Shown one piece after another: positions 28,149 to 40,601 of a stretch of DNA of 64,000 bases. Position 1 is the first letter of the stretch. Every line of letters begins with the position of its first letter. Where the stretch lies: contig LCQK01000002.1 in the NCBI GenBank assembly GCA_001004105.1, positions 347-64,346 of the forward strand. Direction: 5' to 3'. The position numbers and the translations under genes were made by a program. The notes beneath the pieces are model-generated. The model was not told where the DNA came from, did no database searches, and worked only from the letters and a program-made list of their open reading frames with translations. This DNA is from Candidatus Jorgensenbacteria bacterium GW2011_GWB1_50_10. Lineage in GTDB: Bacteria > Patescibacteriota > Minisyncoccia > UBA6257 > GWB1-50-10.

Positions 28149-30668
28149 ATGCGGTCTAATTTTTTGGGATTTTTATTCAAGGACCCGACAAGCCGGCTGA
28201 AGGATGCCGTCCGGCTTATTAACGCCGAAGAGCCGAAAGTGGAAAAATTGAGCGACGAGGAACTGAAATCGGCTTCTTTGGATTTGAGGAAAAAAATATC
28301 TACTGGAGATTCAATAGAGAATAGCGGAGATACAATGGATAATCTTCTGCCGCAGGCATTTGCCTTGGTGCGGGAGGCGAGCCGCCGGACGCTTCGCCAG
28401 CGCCACTTTGACGTCCAGCTTATGGGAGGCATCGTGCTCCACGAAGGGAAAATCGCCGAGATGATGACCGGCGAGGGTAAGACGCTTGTGGCAACATTGC
28501 CGGTGTATCTGAACGCCATATCCGGCAAGGGCGTGCACGTTGTGACGGTGAATGACTATCTGGCCAAGCGCGACACCGTTTGGATGGGGCAGATTTACCA
28601 CGCCTTGGGACTCAAGATTTCCTGCATCGTTCACGACACCGCTTACCAGTACGACCCGGAATTTGAGGGCACCGAATTGGACAAGGAGCGCGATGCGGTC
28701 GCGAGCTTCAAAGTTTTGGAAAAATTCCTGCGGCCGATAAGCCGGCGGGAAGCCTACCAAGCGGACATCACTTACGGCACGAACCACGAGTTCGGTTTTG
28801 ACTATCTGCGGGACAATCTAGTTTTGCGCCTCGCCGACAAAGTTCAAAAGGAACACAACTACGCGATTATCGACGAGGTGGACAGCATTTTGATAGACGA
28901 GGCGCGGACGCCGCTTATAATTTCGGCGCCCGACGTTGAGTCAAGCGGCTATTACCGGACGTTCGCGAAACTCGTTGAACGTTTGAATCAGGAAGACGAC
29001 TATGTCGTTGACGAAAAATTGAGAGTCGTAAACATCACCGATGCGGGTCTCGATAAGGTTGAAAAAATTCTCTCCATTCAAAACATCTTCGGGCCGGAGA
29101 ATGTGCGGCTGGTCCATTTTTTGCAGGAGAGCTTGCGGGCCAAGGCGCTTTTCAAGCGCGACAAGGATTATGTCGTCAAAAACGGCGAGGTGATAATTGT
29201 TGACGAGTTCACCGGCCGGATGCTTTTGGGAAGGCGCTATTCGGGCGGTTTGCATCAGGCGATTGAAGCGAAGGAGGGCGTCTCCGTGCAGGAAGAGAAC
29301 CGCACTTACGCCCAGATTACGATTCAAAATTATTTCCGGCTCTACAAGAAAATCGCCGGCATGACCGGTACCGCTTCCACGAGTGCCGAAGAATTCCACA
29401 AGGTTTACAATCTGGATGCGGTGACGGTTCCGACGAATAAACCGCTCGTTCGGCAGGATTTGTCGGATGCCGTTTATAAGGATAAAGACGGGAAATTCAA
29501 AGCGGTCGCGGAAGAAGTGAAGCGCCGGCACCTGCGTGGCCAGCCCGTGCTTTTGGGCACCGCTTCCATTAGCCACAACGAGTTGCTCTCGGAGTATTTG
29601 AAGCGCGTGGGCGTTCCGCACGAGGTTTTGAACGCCAAGAACAACGAGCGGGAAGGCGAGATTATCGCCCAGGGCGGCCGGGCCGGAGCGGTCACGGTCG
29701 CGACCAACATCGCCGGCCGGGGCGTGGACATTGTTTTAGGCGGTAATCCGCCCAATCCCGAAGAAGCGCAAAAAGTTAAGGAACTTGGCGGTTTGCACGT
29801 CGTCGGTACCGAACGGCATGAAGCGAGGAGAATTGACAACCAGCTTCGTGGCCGGAGCGGCCGGCAAGGCGACCCCGGCTCCACGCAATTCTTTTTGTCG
29901 CTGGAGGACGACCTGCTCCGCATTTTCGGCGGCGACAGAATCAAAAGTTTGATGGAAACTTTGAATTTCCCGGAAGACATGCCCATTGAGTCAAAAATGG
30001 TTTCCCGGTCGGTGAACCAAGCCCAGGCCCGCGTTGAGGGCGCGAACTTGGACATCCGGCGGCATCTTTTGGATTTTGATGACGTATTGAACAAACAGCG
30101 AATCGCCGTTTACGGGAAACGGGCGAAAATTCTGGAGGCGGGGGAGAAAGGCGAAATCCGGCCGTTCCTCATTGAAACGCTCGCGCACTTCGTGGATATC
30201 GCTGAGGAAGGGTTTAAAAAAGGAATAGAAGCGGGCGCGTTAAAGCGGGAAGACGAAGGGAAAATTGCCGAGTTGAGGCAAAAACTCAACACGATCCCTG
30301 AAAAAATTGAACCGGAGCGGGCGCAGGCGGTTGGTCAGCACATGACGCGGATTTTGGACAGTTTGTGGATTGGGCATTTGGAAAACCTGGAGGCGTTGCG
30401 GGACTCCGTTAATATCCGCGCTTACGGCCAGCACGAGCCATTGGTGGAATACCGGCGCGAGGCGCACAAGCTCTACACCGAGCTTAATCTCAATTTTGAG
30501 TCGCTTACGTTCAACACAATCTTTCAGTTTTTTGAAGGGGCCGCGAATAGATTTAAAATGGAAGCTAGACCGCAAGTGGCCAAGCCAGCCGACGTCAAAA
30601 AAATCGGCCGCAACGATCCCTGCTGGTGCGGTTCAGGCAAAAAGTTCAAAAAGTGCCATGGGGTGTGA
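28149..30668 (+). CDS. secA: Preprotein translocase ATPase SecA
   Basis: DEAD-like motor motifs and a C-terminal CWCGSGKKFKKCHG zinc finger. Confidence 0.95.
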   Translation: MRSNFLGFLFKDPTSRLKDAVRLINAEEPKVEKLSDEELKSASLDLRKKISTGDSIENSGDTMDNLLPQAFALVREASRRTLRQRHFDVQLMGGIVLHEGKIAEMMTGEGKTLVATLPVYLNAISGKGVHVVTVNDYLAKRDTVWMGQIYHALGLKISCIVHDTAYQYDPEFEGTELDKERDAVASFKVLEKFLRPISRREAYQADITYGTNHEFGFDYLRDNLVLRLADKVQKEHNYAIIDEVDSILIDEARTPLIISAPDVESSGYYRTFAKLVERLNQEDDYVVDEKLRVVNITDAGLDKVEKILSIQNIFGPENVRLVHFLQESLRAKALFKRDKDYVVKNGEVIIVDEFTGRMLLGRRYSGGLHQAIEAKEGVSVQEENRTYAQITIQNYFRLYKKIAGMTGTASTSAEEFHKVYNLDAVTVPTNKPLVRQDLSDAVYKDKDGKFKAVAEEVKRRHLRGQPVLLGTASISHNELLSEYLKRVGVPHEVLNAKNNEREGEIIAQGGRAGAVTVATNIAGRGVDIVLGGNPPNPEEAQKVKELGGLHVVGTERHEARRIDNQLRGRSGRQGDPGSTQFFLSLEDDLLRIFGGDRIKSLMETLNFPEDMPIESKMVSRSVNQAQARVEGANLDIRRHLLDFDDVLNKQRIAVYGKRAKILEAGEKGEIRPFLIETLAHFVDIAEEGFKKGIEAGALKREDEGKIAELRQKLNTIPEKIEPERAQAVGQHMTRILDSLWIGHLENLEALRDSVNIRAYGQHEPLVEYRREAHKLYTELNLNFESLTFNTIFQFFEGAANRFKMEARPQVAKPADVKKIGRNDPCWCGSGKKFKKCHGV

Positions 30669-30687
30669 GGATAGGAAAAATGTGAAT

Positions 30688-31431
30688 ATGGCTATAAAAT
30701 TGGATTTCAAAATAGAAGACGATTACTTGATAGTTCACACGCTATCAAATATGGGAAAGGGTAAATTTTCTTCAACGAAGTGTCAGAAAGATATTGTGGC
30801 ATTTCAGAATTACGCGTGGGGAAAATGCAAACCATGCTATAACTTACTTATTGGAAGGTTTCAAACAACAAAGATAGTGAAGGGGGGATTACAAAAAACA
30901 GCAGAACAATTGCCGAAATTCTTAAATGAATTAAAGAGGAGTGAGCAGTACAAAAAAATTCGTCAGCAGACAGAGGAATATTTTAGATTCTGTAAAAATC
31001 AATGGAATGGTAACTATCTTGTTGCAAGTAAAATAATAGAGGAATTGATGGGATTGAAATTGAATAAAAAAATTGCGGTATACATTACTCATCCCGGTTT
31101 GAAAAATGGAAGGTATGTAGGAAATAACACAATCGAGTGGGGGCACAATGAAGATTGGCCGAATTATGCAACTATATACTTATGGCACGAAATTCTTCAT
31201 TCATATATCGGATATTCAGAAAAAGGGCATGCGGTAATTGAATTGATAACGGATGAAGAATTGCGGACTCAATTAAACAGTGGTAAATACCCGCCATTTG
31301 TGGGACACAAGTATCTAAAATCGATTAAAAATAGATTATTGCCTCAATGGAGAAAATATCTTAATTCCGAAGAAAGAAACATTAGGAAATTTATAAAAGA
31401 AATTCCGCATGGGATAGTGAATAAAGCGTAA
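30688..31431 (+). CDS. Hypothetical protein with an HExxH motif (WHEILHSY...E); AT-rich
   Basis: The listed ORF 30370..31431 has a 5' part in an alternative frame over secA. The credible start is ATG 30688. About 35% GC. Confidence 0.45.
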   Translation: MAIKLDFKIEDDYLIVHTLSNMGKGKFSSTKCQKDIVAFQNYAWGKCKPCYNLLIGRFQTTKIVKGGLQKTAEQLPKFLNELKRSEQYKKIRQQTEEYFRFCKNQWNGNYLVASKIIEELMGLKLNKKIAVYITHPGLKNGRYVGNNTIEWGHNEDWPNYATIYLWHEILHSYIGYSEKGHAVIELITDEELRTQLNSGKYPPFVGHKYLKSIKNRLLPQWRKYLNSEERNIRKFIKEIPHGIVNKA

Positions 31432-31465
31432 AAGCGTCATAGGAAATAAGATATCCACAGCGCTA

Positions 31466-31495
31466 TTGACAACAAGTTTATCTAAAGATAAACTT
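31466..31495 (+). promoter_or_regulatory. TTGACA -35 element plus a perfect 22-nt palindrome AAGTTTATCT-AA-AGATAAACTT upstream of the Phd-like antitoxin
   Basis: Palindrome at 31474-31495, immediately upstream of the 31502 start. Confidence 0.5.
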
Positions 31496-31501
31496 TAAAA
31501 T

Positions 31502-31741
31502 ATGAAAAATAATATTGTCGGTCTGAAAGAGCTCCGAGAAAATATAGAGAACTACATCGCCCAGGTTAAAAAGGGCAAATCCTTTATTGTAGTGCGCCGC
31601 TCAAAACCGGTGCTTAAAGTTTCTTCCCCTGACGACGAGGGGCTTTGGGAAACCGTTGCTGATTTCACTAAGATAAACAAAAACGGAGTCGCCGCCAGAG
31701 ATGTCTTAAAAGAACTCCGCAAACTGAATGCCCGCTCTTAG
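31502..31741 (+). CDS. Phd/YefM-family type II antitoxin
   Basis: Pattern GLKELRENIENYI....GKSFIVVRRSKPV matches the Phd/YefM N-terminus; followed by an overlapping toxin-like ORF. Confidence 0.6.
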   Translation: MKNNIVGLKELRENIENYIAQVKKGKSFIVVRRSKPVLKVSSPDDEGLWETVADFTKINKNGVAARDVLKELRKLNARS

Positions 31742-31967
31742 AAAACTTCTTTCTAAATTTGACAAGGCGGAAAGAAAAATAATAGAAGCTTTGATTGAGA
31801 AAGTTATTTCTTTGAACTGGCGCGGTTTAGACGTTAAAAAGCTTAAGGGGTATCAAAACATTTTTCGCGTTCGCAAAGGCAAAATCAGGATTATTTTTTC
31901 CAGAAACGGCAAAAATATTTCTATCCTGTCCGTTGAACGTCGGCGAGAAGATACTTATAGGTTGTAA
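31728..31967 (+). CDS. RelE/ParE-family type II toxin
   Basis: Block KKLKG....FRVRKGKIRIIFS..G..I.IL.V.RR...Y; 14-nt overlap with the antitoxin. Confidence 0.6.
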   Translation: MPALRKLLSKFDKAERKIIEALIEKVISLNWRGLDVKKLKGYQNIFRVRKGKIRIIFSRNGKNISILSVERRREDTYRL

Positions 31968-31974
31968 AAGCGCC

Positions 31975-32688
31975 ATGGGACTAGCTGAGCTGGTTGGGTC
32001 TCGTGAGGATAAGAATATGGAAAAGAAAAGTATAAAACAAATATACGATGAATATGATATATCCCCGGCCCTACAGACGCATATGTATCGAGTCGCGGCG
32101 GTAGGTTCCATAATTTGCCGAAATTTTCAGGAGACAATGGAAACCGCCGAAATTATATCGGCTTGCCTGCTGCATGATATGGGCAACATAATAAAATTTA
32201 ATTTTGATGTTTTGCCGGAGCTAGTTGAGCCGCAAGGCAAAGATTACTGGTTGGGCATTCAGAAAAACTTTAAAGATCGGTATGGAGAAGATGAACATGA
32301 GGCCACATACGCGATTGCGAAAGAAATAGGTGTCACGGATAGAGTGTGTGATATAGTTCGGTCAATAGGATTTAGAAAGGCATGCGAGAGATATAAGAAC
32401 GACGATCTTGCCGAGAAAATTTGTACATACGCGGATGAAAGAACAGGGCCATTTGGCGTTTTATCTTTAAAAGGTAGAATCAGGGAGGGTCATAAGCGTT
32501 TCTTGGCATCCGGACGAAAACCAACCGGTGACGAAAGAACGTTTCAGACGCTTGTATCCTGTCTTGAGGGCATCGAAAAACAAATATTCAGCCATTTAGC
32601 TATCAAACCGGCGGATATCAACGACGGTTCGGTAAATTTAGAAATCGAAAATCTCAAAGAATTTGGCATCATTATAAAGTCCGCATGA
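31975..32688 (+). CDS. HD-domain phosphohydrolase
   Basis: LLHDMG HD motif. The start is set at the first Met after the toxin stop; the alternative start is 32017. Confidence 0.6.
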   Translation: MGLAELVGSREDKNMEKKSIKQIYDEYDISPALQTHMYRVAAVGSIICRNFQETMETAEIISACLLHDMGNIIKFNFDVLPELVEPQGKDYWLGIQKNFKDRYGEDEHEATYAIAKEIGVTDRVCDIVRSIGFRKACERYKNDDLAEKICTYADERTGPFGVLSLKGRIREGHKRFLASGRKPTGDERTFQTLVSCLEGIEKQIFSHLAIKPADINDGSVNLEIENLKEFGIIIKSA

Positions 32689-32733
32689 TATTAAGAAATG
32701 CGGGAGTGGGTATGAAATGCCATAGAAAATGCA

Positions 32734-33087
32734 ATGATTAAAAAGTGGCAAAATATTACCAGCAAGATTGAGCCGTGGTGGACGCTGGTTGGGGCGCCTG
32801 TTATACAAGAATTCATTTTCCGGTTTGTTCCGTATCAGATTTATGTTGCCTACGGCGGATTCTATACAGTTGGTATAGTAAGCTCTATCTTATTTGCCGC
32901 AATTCATTGGTATTTTGGGAGATGGTTTGTGTTGTACGCGTTAGTGGGGGGATTTATTGCCTGGTTTGTAATGGTAAGCTACGGGCTTTTATGGGCAGTG
33001 ATTCTTCACGTCGTTGCGAATGTCGTACTTTTGAGATTAGGGGTGTTACAGAAAGTTAAAGAAAAATCTCCGCAGAAAGGGAAGTAA
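32734..33087 (+). CDS. CPBP (CAAX protease/Abi) family intramembrane protein
   Basis: Conserved His blocks AAIHWY and ILHVVAN in TM helices. Confidence 0.55.
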   Translation: MIKKWQNITSKIEPWWTLVGAPVIQEFIFRFVPYQIYVAYGGFYTVGIVSSILFAAIHWYFGRWFVLYALVGGFIAWFVMVSYGLLWAVILHVVANVVLLRLGVLQKVKEKSPQKGK

Positions 33088-33102
33088 TTAAGCAAAAACG
33101 CC

Positions 33103-33375
33103 ATGGAAAATAATTTAGAGCAACGAATTCAAAAAATTGAGGAGAGGAATAGAGCAGTGGAAGCCGATAAGGGTTGGGAGACGAGCTGGACAAGGCGGGT
33201 TTTACTGACAATATTTACTTATTTAGCTATTGCTGTTTATCTCTGGGCGATAAGAATATCGTAGCCATGGCTGAATGCCATCGTGCCGGCGGTGGCTTTT
33301 ATGATTTCAACCTTAACAATGCCGTGGTTTAAGAAGGTTTGGCTGAAGTATGTTCGGCGGCAGAAGGAGATATAA
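33103..33375 (+). pseudogene. Small 2-TM protein ORF interrupted by an in-frame TAG at 33262-33264 (53-aa ORF plus a 36-codon in-frame continuation)
   Basis: MENNLEQRIQKIEERN...LAIAVYLWAIRIS-TAG-PWLNAIVPAVAFMISTLTMPWFKK...; the second hydrophobic helix continues in the same frame. Confidence 0.3.
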
Positions 33376-33439
33376 AATACAAACTTAGCTTGAATTGCCG
33401 GGCTCCATATTTTAGACTTGGGATGTCGGCTTTATTGAT

Positions 33440-33685
33440 ATGATTTCCAAAGAGGACAAGGCCAGTTCGGCGCATTCCAAGGGTTTTATCCGCCCCTTAG
33501 CTCTCGCTTGGGAGCTTGGTTACACCATCGCTATTCCGATTGTTGTTATGGCTTTGGGCGGGAGATTTCTGGATAGGTATTTCGGCACGGGTCCGATTTT
33601 ACTGCTCGTCGGCATCTTCGTTTCCGTTCTGCTTACGAGTTTCCTGGTTTACCGGAAAACGAAGAAAGTTTTGTCTCAATTTTAG
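33440..33685 (+). CDS. AtpZ/AtpI-like small membrane protein preceding the ATP synthase operon
   Basis: 81 aa, 2 TM, located directly upstream of atpB. Confidence 0.45.
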   Translation: MISKEDKASSAHSKGFIRPLALAWELGYTIAIPIVVMALGGRFLDRYFGTGPILLLVGIFVSVLLTSFLVYRKTKKVLSQF

Positions 33686-33737
33686 TATGCGAATAGCCTT
33701 AACGAATAGACACATGCGAATAAATTATGAATAAAAT

Positions 33738-34475
33738 ATGATTGAAGGTGTTCACATATCCCTGTCGGCCGAGAAAATACTGGATGTTTTCGGGTTTCCG
33801 CTCACCAACACCCTTTTAACGTCCTTTCTGGTCGTCATCTCATTAATGGTCGGTGCATACGTCTTGGGCAGAAAGATAAAGGCCATACCGGCCGGGATTC
33901 AAAATGCCGCGGAGTTCGTAATCGACGGCCTGCTTGGCTTTATGACGACCATCGCCGGCGACCGGAAAACGGCCGAAAAGTTTTTTCCGATCGTCGCCAC
34001 GATTTTTATTTTCGTCTTGTTCGCCAATTGGGCCGGCATTATCCCCGGCGTGGGGAGCATCGGTTTTTATGAAGATGGGAAAACTTTTGTGCCGTTTTTC
34101 CGGTCGGTCAATTCCGACCTGAACATGACGCTCGCCCTTGCCTTGATTGCCGTCACTTTAAGTCATTTTTTCGGCGTGGCCGGCCTCGGCGCCTTCAAGC
34201 ACGCCGGCAAGTTTTTCAACTTCAAAAACCCCATCGGCTTTTTCGTCGGCATCCTTGAATTTGTGAGCGAATTTGCTAAGATTATCTCGTTCTCTTTCCG
34301 GTTGTTCGGGAACGTTTTTGCCGGCGAGGTGCTGCTCGTAATCATCACGTTTCTCGTGCCAGTCATCGCCCCGGTGCCGTTCTACGGATTGGAGATTTTC
34401 GTGGGTTTCATTCAAGCGTTGATTTTTGCGGTGTTAACCATGATGTTTCTGGTGGTCGCAACGAAGCATCACTAA
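33738..34475 (+). CDS. atpB: ATP synthase F0 subunit a
   Basis: Conserved block R..GN..AGE. Confidence 0.94.
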   Translation: MIEGVHISLSAEKILDVFGFPLTNTLLTSFLVVISLMVGAYVLGRKIKAIPAGIQNAAEFVIDGLLGFMTTIAGDRKTAEKFFPIVATIFIFVLFANWAGIIPGVGSIGFYEDGKTFVPFFRSVNSDLNMTLALALIAVTLSHFFGVAGLGAFKHAGKFFNFKNPIGFFVGILEFVSEFAKIISFSFRLFGNVFAGEVLLVIITFLVPVIAPVPFYGLEIFVGFIQALIFAVLTMMFLVVATKHH

Positions 34476-34489
34476 ACAAATAAAAATAA

Positions 34490-34729
<240 letters not shown>

Positions 34730-34744
34730 AAGACGGAATGTCTA

Positions 34745-35251
34745 ATGTCGGAGCTATTCCACAATCTCGGCATAGATTGGAAGGTTCTCCTCGCACAGAT
34801 TGTTAATTTTGCGATTCTTCTTTTCGTCCTCAAGAAATTCGCCTACAAGCCCATTTTGAAGGTTTTAAACGATAGGCGGAAAAAGATAGAGGAAGCCATC
34901 GAGCGTTCGAAGGGCGTGGATGAAAAGATGGCTGAAATTGAGGCATTGAAAGAAAAGATTTTAGTTGAGGCAAGGCGGGAGTCGAGCGAGATTATAAAAA
35001 AAGCGGAGGAAGCCGCCGATAAGATTCAAGAGGACGCTTTAAAAGAGGCCTACGGCAAATCCGAAAAATTCATGGCCGAGTCCCTCAAAAAAGTCCAGGC
35101 CGAGCGCGAGAAAATATTCCAAGAGGTGAAAAACGAAACCGCGGGCCTTGTCTATGCGGCGGTTGAAAGAACAATCGGCGACTTGGCCGACGAGAAACTT
35201 AAGGCGAAAATGGTTGAGGATGCATTAAAATTTGTTATTTCAAAAAGATGA
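34745..35251 (+). CDS. atpF: ATP synthase F0 subunit b
   Basis: N-terminal TM plus a long charged helix. Confidence 0.88.
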   Translation: MSELFHNLGIDWKVLLAQIVNFAILLFVLKKFAYKPILKVLNDRRKKIEEAIERSKGVDEKMAEIEALKEKILVEARRESSEIIKKAEEAADKIQEDALKEAYGKSEKFMAESLKKVQAEREKIFQEVKNETAGLVYAAVERTIGDLADEKLKAKMVEDALKFVISKR

Positions 35252-35625
35252 CAAGGTATTCTTCAAAACAATACGCCCGCGCTTTATACGAGTTGGCCGC
35301 GGAATCTCCCAAAAAGATGCCCCTCATTCTCAAGGGTTTTGCGAACACGCTTCTTAAAAACAACGATTTGTCCAAAAGCGAGGAAATCATGAAGGAGTTT
35401 GAAAAAATTTACTACGAAGAGAGCGGAATACGGCGGGTTGAAGTGAGCGCCGCCGATGAAGGGGTTGGGAAATCTTTAAACCAAAAAATCAAGGGGGATA
35501 GCGTTTTCAAAAAAGACCTGGGGCTGATCGGCGGCGTCAAAATCAAAATCGGCGATGAAATGGTTGATAACACTCTTCACGGCAGACTTCGCCGTCTAAA
35601 AGAATCATTAATGCCCAATGGATAA
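35248..35625 (+). CDS. atpH: ATP synthase subunit delta (short)
   Basis: Position between atpF and atpA; OSCP-like sequence. Confidence 0.7.
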   Translation: MTRYSSKQYARALYELAAESPKKMPLILKGFANTLLKNNDLSKSEEIMKEFEKIYYEESGIRRVEVSAADEGVGKSLNQKIKGDSVFKKDLGLIGGVKIKIGDEMVDNTLHGRLRRLKESLMPNG

Positions 35626-37153
35626 AGACAAGATTTTACAGGATTTAAAAAAGGATATTCTGGGAGTGAAGCGGGAACTTCGGGTGGAAAACGTCGGAGA
35701 GGTTTTTAAAGTTGGCGATGGCGTTGCGGAAATCAGGGGTTTATCGAACGTGATGTACTCGGAAATACTGGAGTTTGAAGCCGGCGACAAGAAAGTCCGG
35801 GGTTTGGCCTTGAATCTCCTTGAGGATTCCGTGAGCGCGATCGTGCTGGGTGATGCAACACTCATTAAAGAAGGTCAGGTTGTGAAATCAACCAACAAGC
35901 TGCTTTCCATTCCGGTCTCCGAGGGCCTTTTGGGGCGCGTGATAAATCCTTTGGGTGAACCCTTGGACGGCGGGCCGGCGATTAATTTTGAAAAAGCAAA
36001 GAACTATCCCATTGAGAAAATCGCCCCCGGCGTGATTACCAGGGAATCAGTGAACACGCCGATTCATACCGGCGTCAAAGCCATTGACGCCCTGATTCCC
36101 ATCGGCCGGGGCCAGCGGGAGCTCATTATCGGCGACCGGCAAATCGGGAAGACGGCACTTGTCGTTGACACCATCATCAATCAGGGAAAAGACGTTCGCC
36201 ACAAAACTCCCGTCTGCATTTATGTGGCGGTCGGCCAGAAGGAGTCAAAAGTTGCGAAACTCGTCCAGGATTTGAAAAAAGCGGGCGCCATGGATTACTC
36301 CATTGTGGTTTTGACCGGCGCTTCCTCGGGCGTGGCTTTGCAGTTTTTGGCCCCCTACGCCGGGTGCGCCATCGGCGAGTATTTCATGGACCAGGGAAAA
36401 GACGCGCTGGTAATCTACGATGATTTGACAAAGCACGCTTGGGCCTACCGGGAAATTTCCCTGCTTCTCAAACGTCCGCCGGGAAGAGAAGCTTACCCGG
36501 GCGATATTTTTTATCTTCATTCAAGACTTTTGGAGCGGGCGGCGAAAATGAGCAAAGCGCACGGCGGCGGCTCGCTTACGGCCCTACCCATAATAGAAAC
36601 CCAGCTCGCCGATATTTCGGCCTATATTCCCACCAACGTCATTTCGATCACCGACGGCCAGATTTATCTTGAGCCGGAACTTTTTTATCAGGGAGTGCGG
36701 CCGGCCTTGAACGTCGGCCTCTCGGTTTCCCGCGTTGGTTCGGCGGCGCAGACCAAGGCGATGAAGAAAGTCGCCGGCCGGTTAAGACTGGAACTGGCCC
36801 AGTATCGCGAACTGGCCGCTTTCGTTCAATTCGGCCAGGATTTGGACGAGGCCACCAAGCGTCAGATAGAACGGGGACGGCGGCTTACCGAGCTCTTGAA
36901 ACAGCCGCAATATCAGCCGATGCCTTTCGAGAACCAGGTCGCTTCGCTATATGCTGCCGTGAACGGTTTCTTGGACGGCGTAGCGGTGGAGGAAATTCGG
37001 GATTTTGAAAAGGGGTTCCTGAAATTCCTGCATGAGCGGCACAGCGGCATTTTGGACAAAATCCGGGAGACGGCCGACCTTGCGGACGGTCTTGAAGAAA
37101 AATTGAAATCCGCGGCGGAAGATTTCAGCCGGAATTATTTCGGAAAAATCTAA
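35618..37153 (+). CDS. atpA: ATP synthase F1 alpha
   Basis: Walker A motif GDRQIGKT; 511 aa. Confidence 0.96.
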   Translation: MDKDKILQDLKKDILGVKRELRVENVGEVFKVGDGVAEIRGLSNVMYSEILEFEAGDKKVRGLALNLLEDSVSAIVLGDATLIKEGQVVKSTNKLLSIPVSEGLLGRVINPLGEPLDGGPAINFEKAKNYPIEKIAPGVITRESVNTPIHTGVKAIDALIPIGRGQRELIIGDRQIGKTALVVDTIINQGKDVRHKTPVCIYVAVGQKESKVAKLVQDLKKAGAMDYSIVVLTGASSGVALQFLAPYAGCAIGEYFMDQGKDALVIYDDLTKHAWAYREISLLLKRPPGREAYPGDIFYLHSRLLERAAKMSKAHGGGSLTALPIIETQLADISAYIPTNVISITDGQIYLEPELFYQGVRPALNVGLSVSRVGSAAQTKAMKKVAGRLRLELAQYRELAAFVQFGQDLDEATKRQIERGRRLTELLKQPQYQPMPFENQVASLYAAVNGFLDGVAVEEIRDFEKGFLKFLHERHSGILDKIRETADLADGLEEKLKSAAEDFSRNYFGKI

Positions 37154-37170
37154 ACTATATACATAAAAAT

Positions 37171-39472
<2,302 letters not shown>

Positions 39473-39476
39473 AGGC

Positions 39477-39722
39477 ATGAAAGTTTTCATCTACTCTTTG
39501 AAGAAGACAATTTATGAAGGCGAGGCCGACGTACTGTCCTTGCCCACCGCGGACGGGGAAATCAGCGTTCTAGAGAACCATGTCCCGCTCATCACCTCAA
39601 TAGCCAATGGAAAGATAAGAATAAGAAAGGGCAGCGGTTTTGACGAGACAAGCAGCGTTTATGAGGTCGGCGGCGGGTTTGCCGAGGTTAATCCCAAAGA
39701 AACAATCCTGCTTATTGATTGA
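39477..39722 (+). CDS. atpC: ATP synthase F1 epsilon (beta-sandwich domain only)
   Basis: 81 aa; N-terminal domain conserved. Confidence 0.82.
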   Translation: MKVFIYSLKKTIYEGEADVLSLPTADGEISVLENHVPLITSIANGKIRIRKGSGFDETSSVYEVGGGFAEVNPKETILLID

Positions 39723-39735
39723 TTTTGAAGGGAGT

Positions 39736-40224
39736 ATGGAAAATCAGAAGCTCCACGAAGTAGTGATCACCGCCATTATCGTGAAAGACGGTAAATATTT
39801 GATTACCCAGCGCTCCATGCAGGAGAAACGTTTCCCCGGCATGTGGACGGTGCCGGGCGGGAAGCTGGAAACGGACGACTACGTCCATCTGCCTAAAGAA
39901 ACCGAACATTATTGGTATAACGTGCTTGAGAAAGTATTGAGAAAAGAGGTTCGCGACGAAGTCGGATTGGAAATCAAGAACATTGAATACGTGACGAGTC
40001 TGGCGAGAGTTCACGAAGACAAAAATCCTTCGCTCGTAATCTCATGTATGGCCGATTACGAGTCAAGGGAAGTTGTTTTACAAGAAGGAGAAACGGATAG
40101 TTTCGCCTGGGTGAGCTTGGACGAAGCTAAAAATTATAAACTCATTGACGGAATTTATGATGAATTGGTGATGGTGGAAAATAAAAGAAAAGGCGTAAAA
40201 TCGGAGTGGCAGAGGTTTAAATAA
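39736..40224 (+). CDS. NUDIX hydrolase
   Basis: Nudix box GGKLE...LRKEVRDEVG. The internal ATG is taken as the start; the listed ORF begins inside atpC. Confidence 0.72.
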   Translation: MENQKLHEVVITAIIVKDGKYLITQRSMQEKRFPGMWTVPGGKLETDDYVHLPKETEHYWYNVLEKVLRKEVRDEVGLEIKNIEYVTSLARVHEDKNPSLVISCMADYESREVVLQEGETDSFAWVSLDEAKNYKLIDGIYDELVMVENKRKGVKSEWQRFK

Positions 40225-40226
40225 TC

Positions 40227-40451
40227 ATGGAACAGATCAAATTAGGCAAATACGAGCATTTCAAAGGAGATATAGTTGAGGTTTTTGGCAATGCGTTTCA
40301 CAGTGAAACTCTGGAGGGGTTTGTCATATACAAACACACCACCGGCAAGTGCGCCGGAGAACCTTATTATTGGGTCCGGCCGCTCAAAATGTTCACGGAA
40401 GAAGTGGAAGTAAACGGCCAAAAATTACCGCGGTTCCGTTACATCGGTTAA
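40227..40451 (+). CDS. DUF1653-like small protein
   Basis: Pattern YEHFKG..Y.V...A.HSET.E..V.Y.......WVRP...F. Confidence 0.5.
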   Translation: MEQIKLGKYEHFKGDIVEVFGNAFHSETLEGFVIYKHTTGKCAGEPYYWVRPLKMFTEEVEVNGQKLPRFRYIG

Positions 40452-40487
40452 TAACTAAAAATTCAGCAACTAAGAATTTAGTGACTA

Positions 40488-40528
40488 AAACCAAGGTGGT
40501 ATACATATGTATACCACCTTGGTTTTTT
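40488..40528 (+). terminator. Family-C palindrome AAACCAAGGTGGTATACA|TATGTATACCACCTTGGTTT followed by TTTTT; rho-independent terminator
   Basis: 18-bp stem followed by a T-run, after the DUF1653 gene. Confidence 0.6.
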
Positions 40529-40601
40529 GATTTTTACTGAAGTTTTTTAGGTTTTTAACCCAGCTTATTGTTACTGCTTTTCGTTTCCAGAGCCTTATTA
40601 G

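Noticed and set aside
30370-30687. 5' extension of ORF 30370..31431 overlapping the secA C-terminus
   Set aside because: That frame overlaps the conserved SecA zinc-finger tail. Composition switches to AT-rich only after the secA stop. The real start is taken as ATG 30688.
33262-33264. Stop-codon recoding (TAG sense) in the 33103..33375 ORF
   Set aside because: TAG terminates rpsJ (5489-5491), and TGA/TAA terminate other conserved genes at the expected lengths, so the standard code applies. Pseudogene or two micro-ORFs is more likely.
39640-39735. Longer N-terminus of the NUDIX gene overlapping atpC
   Set aside because: It overlaps 80 nt of atpC in another frame. The Nudix homology starts at the internal Met at 39736. 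The same reasoning applies to 54369..54506 overlapping miaA.
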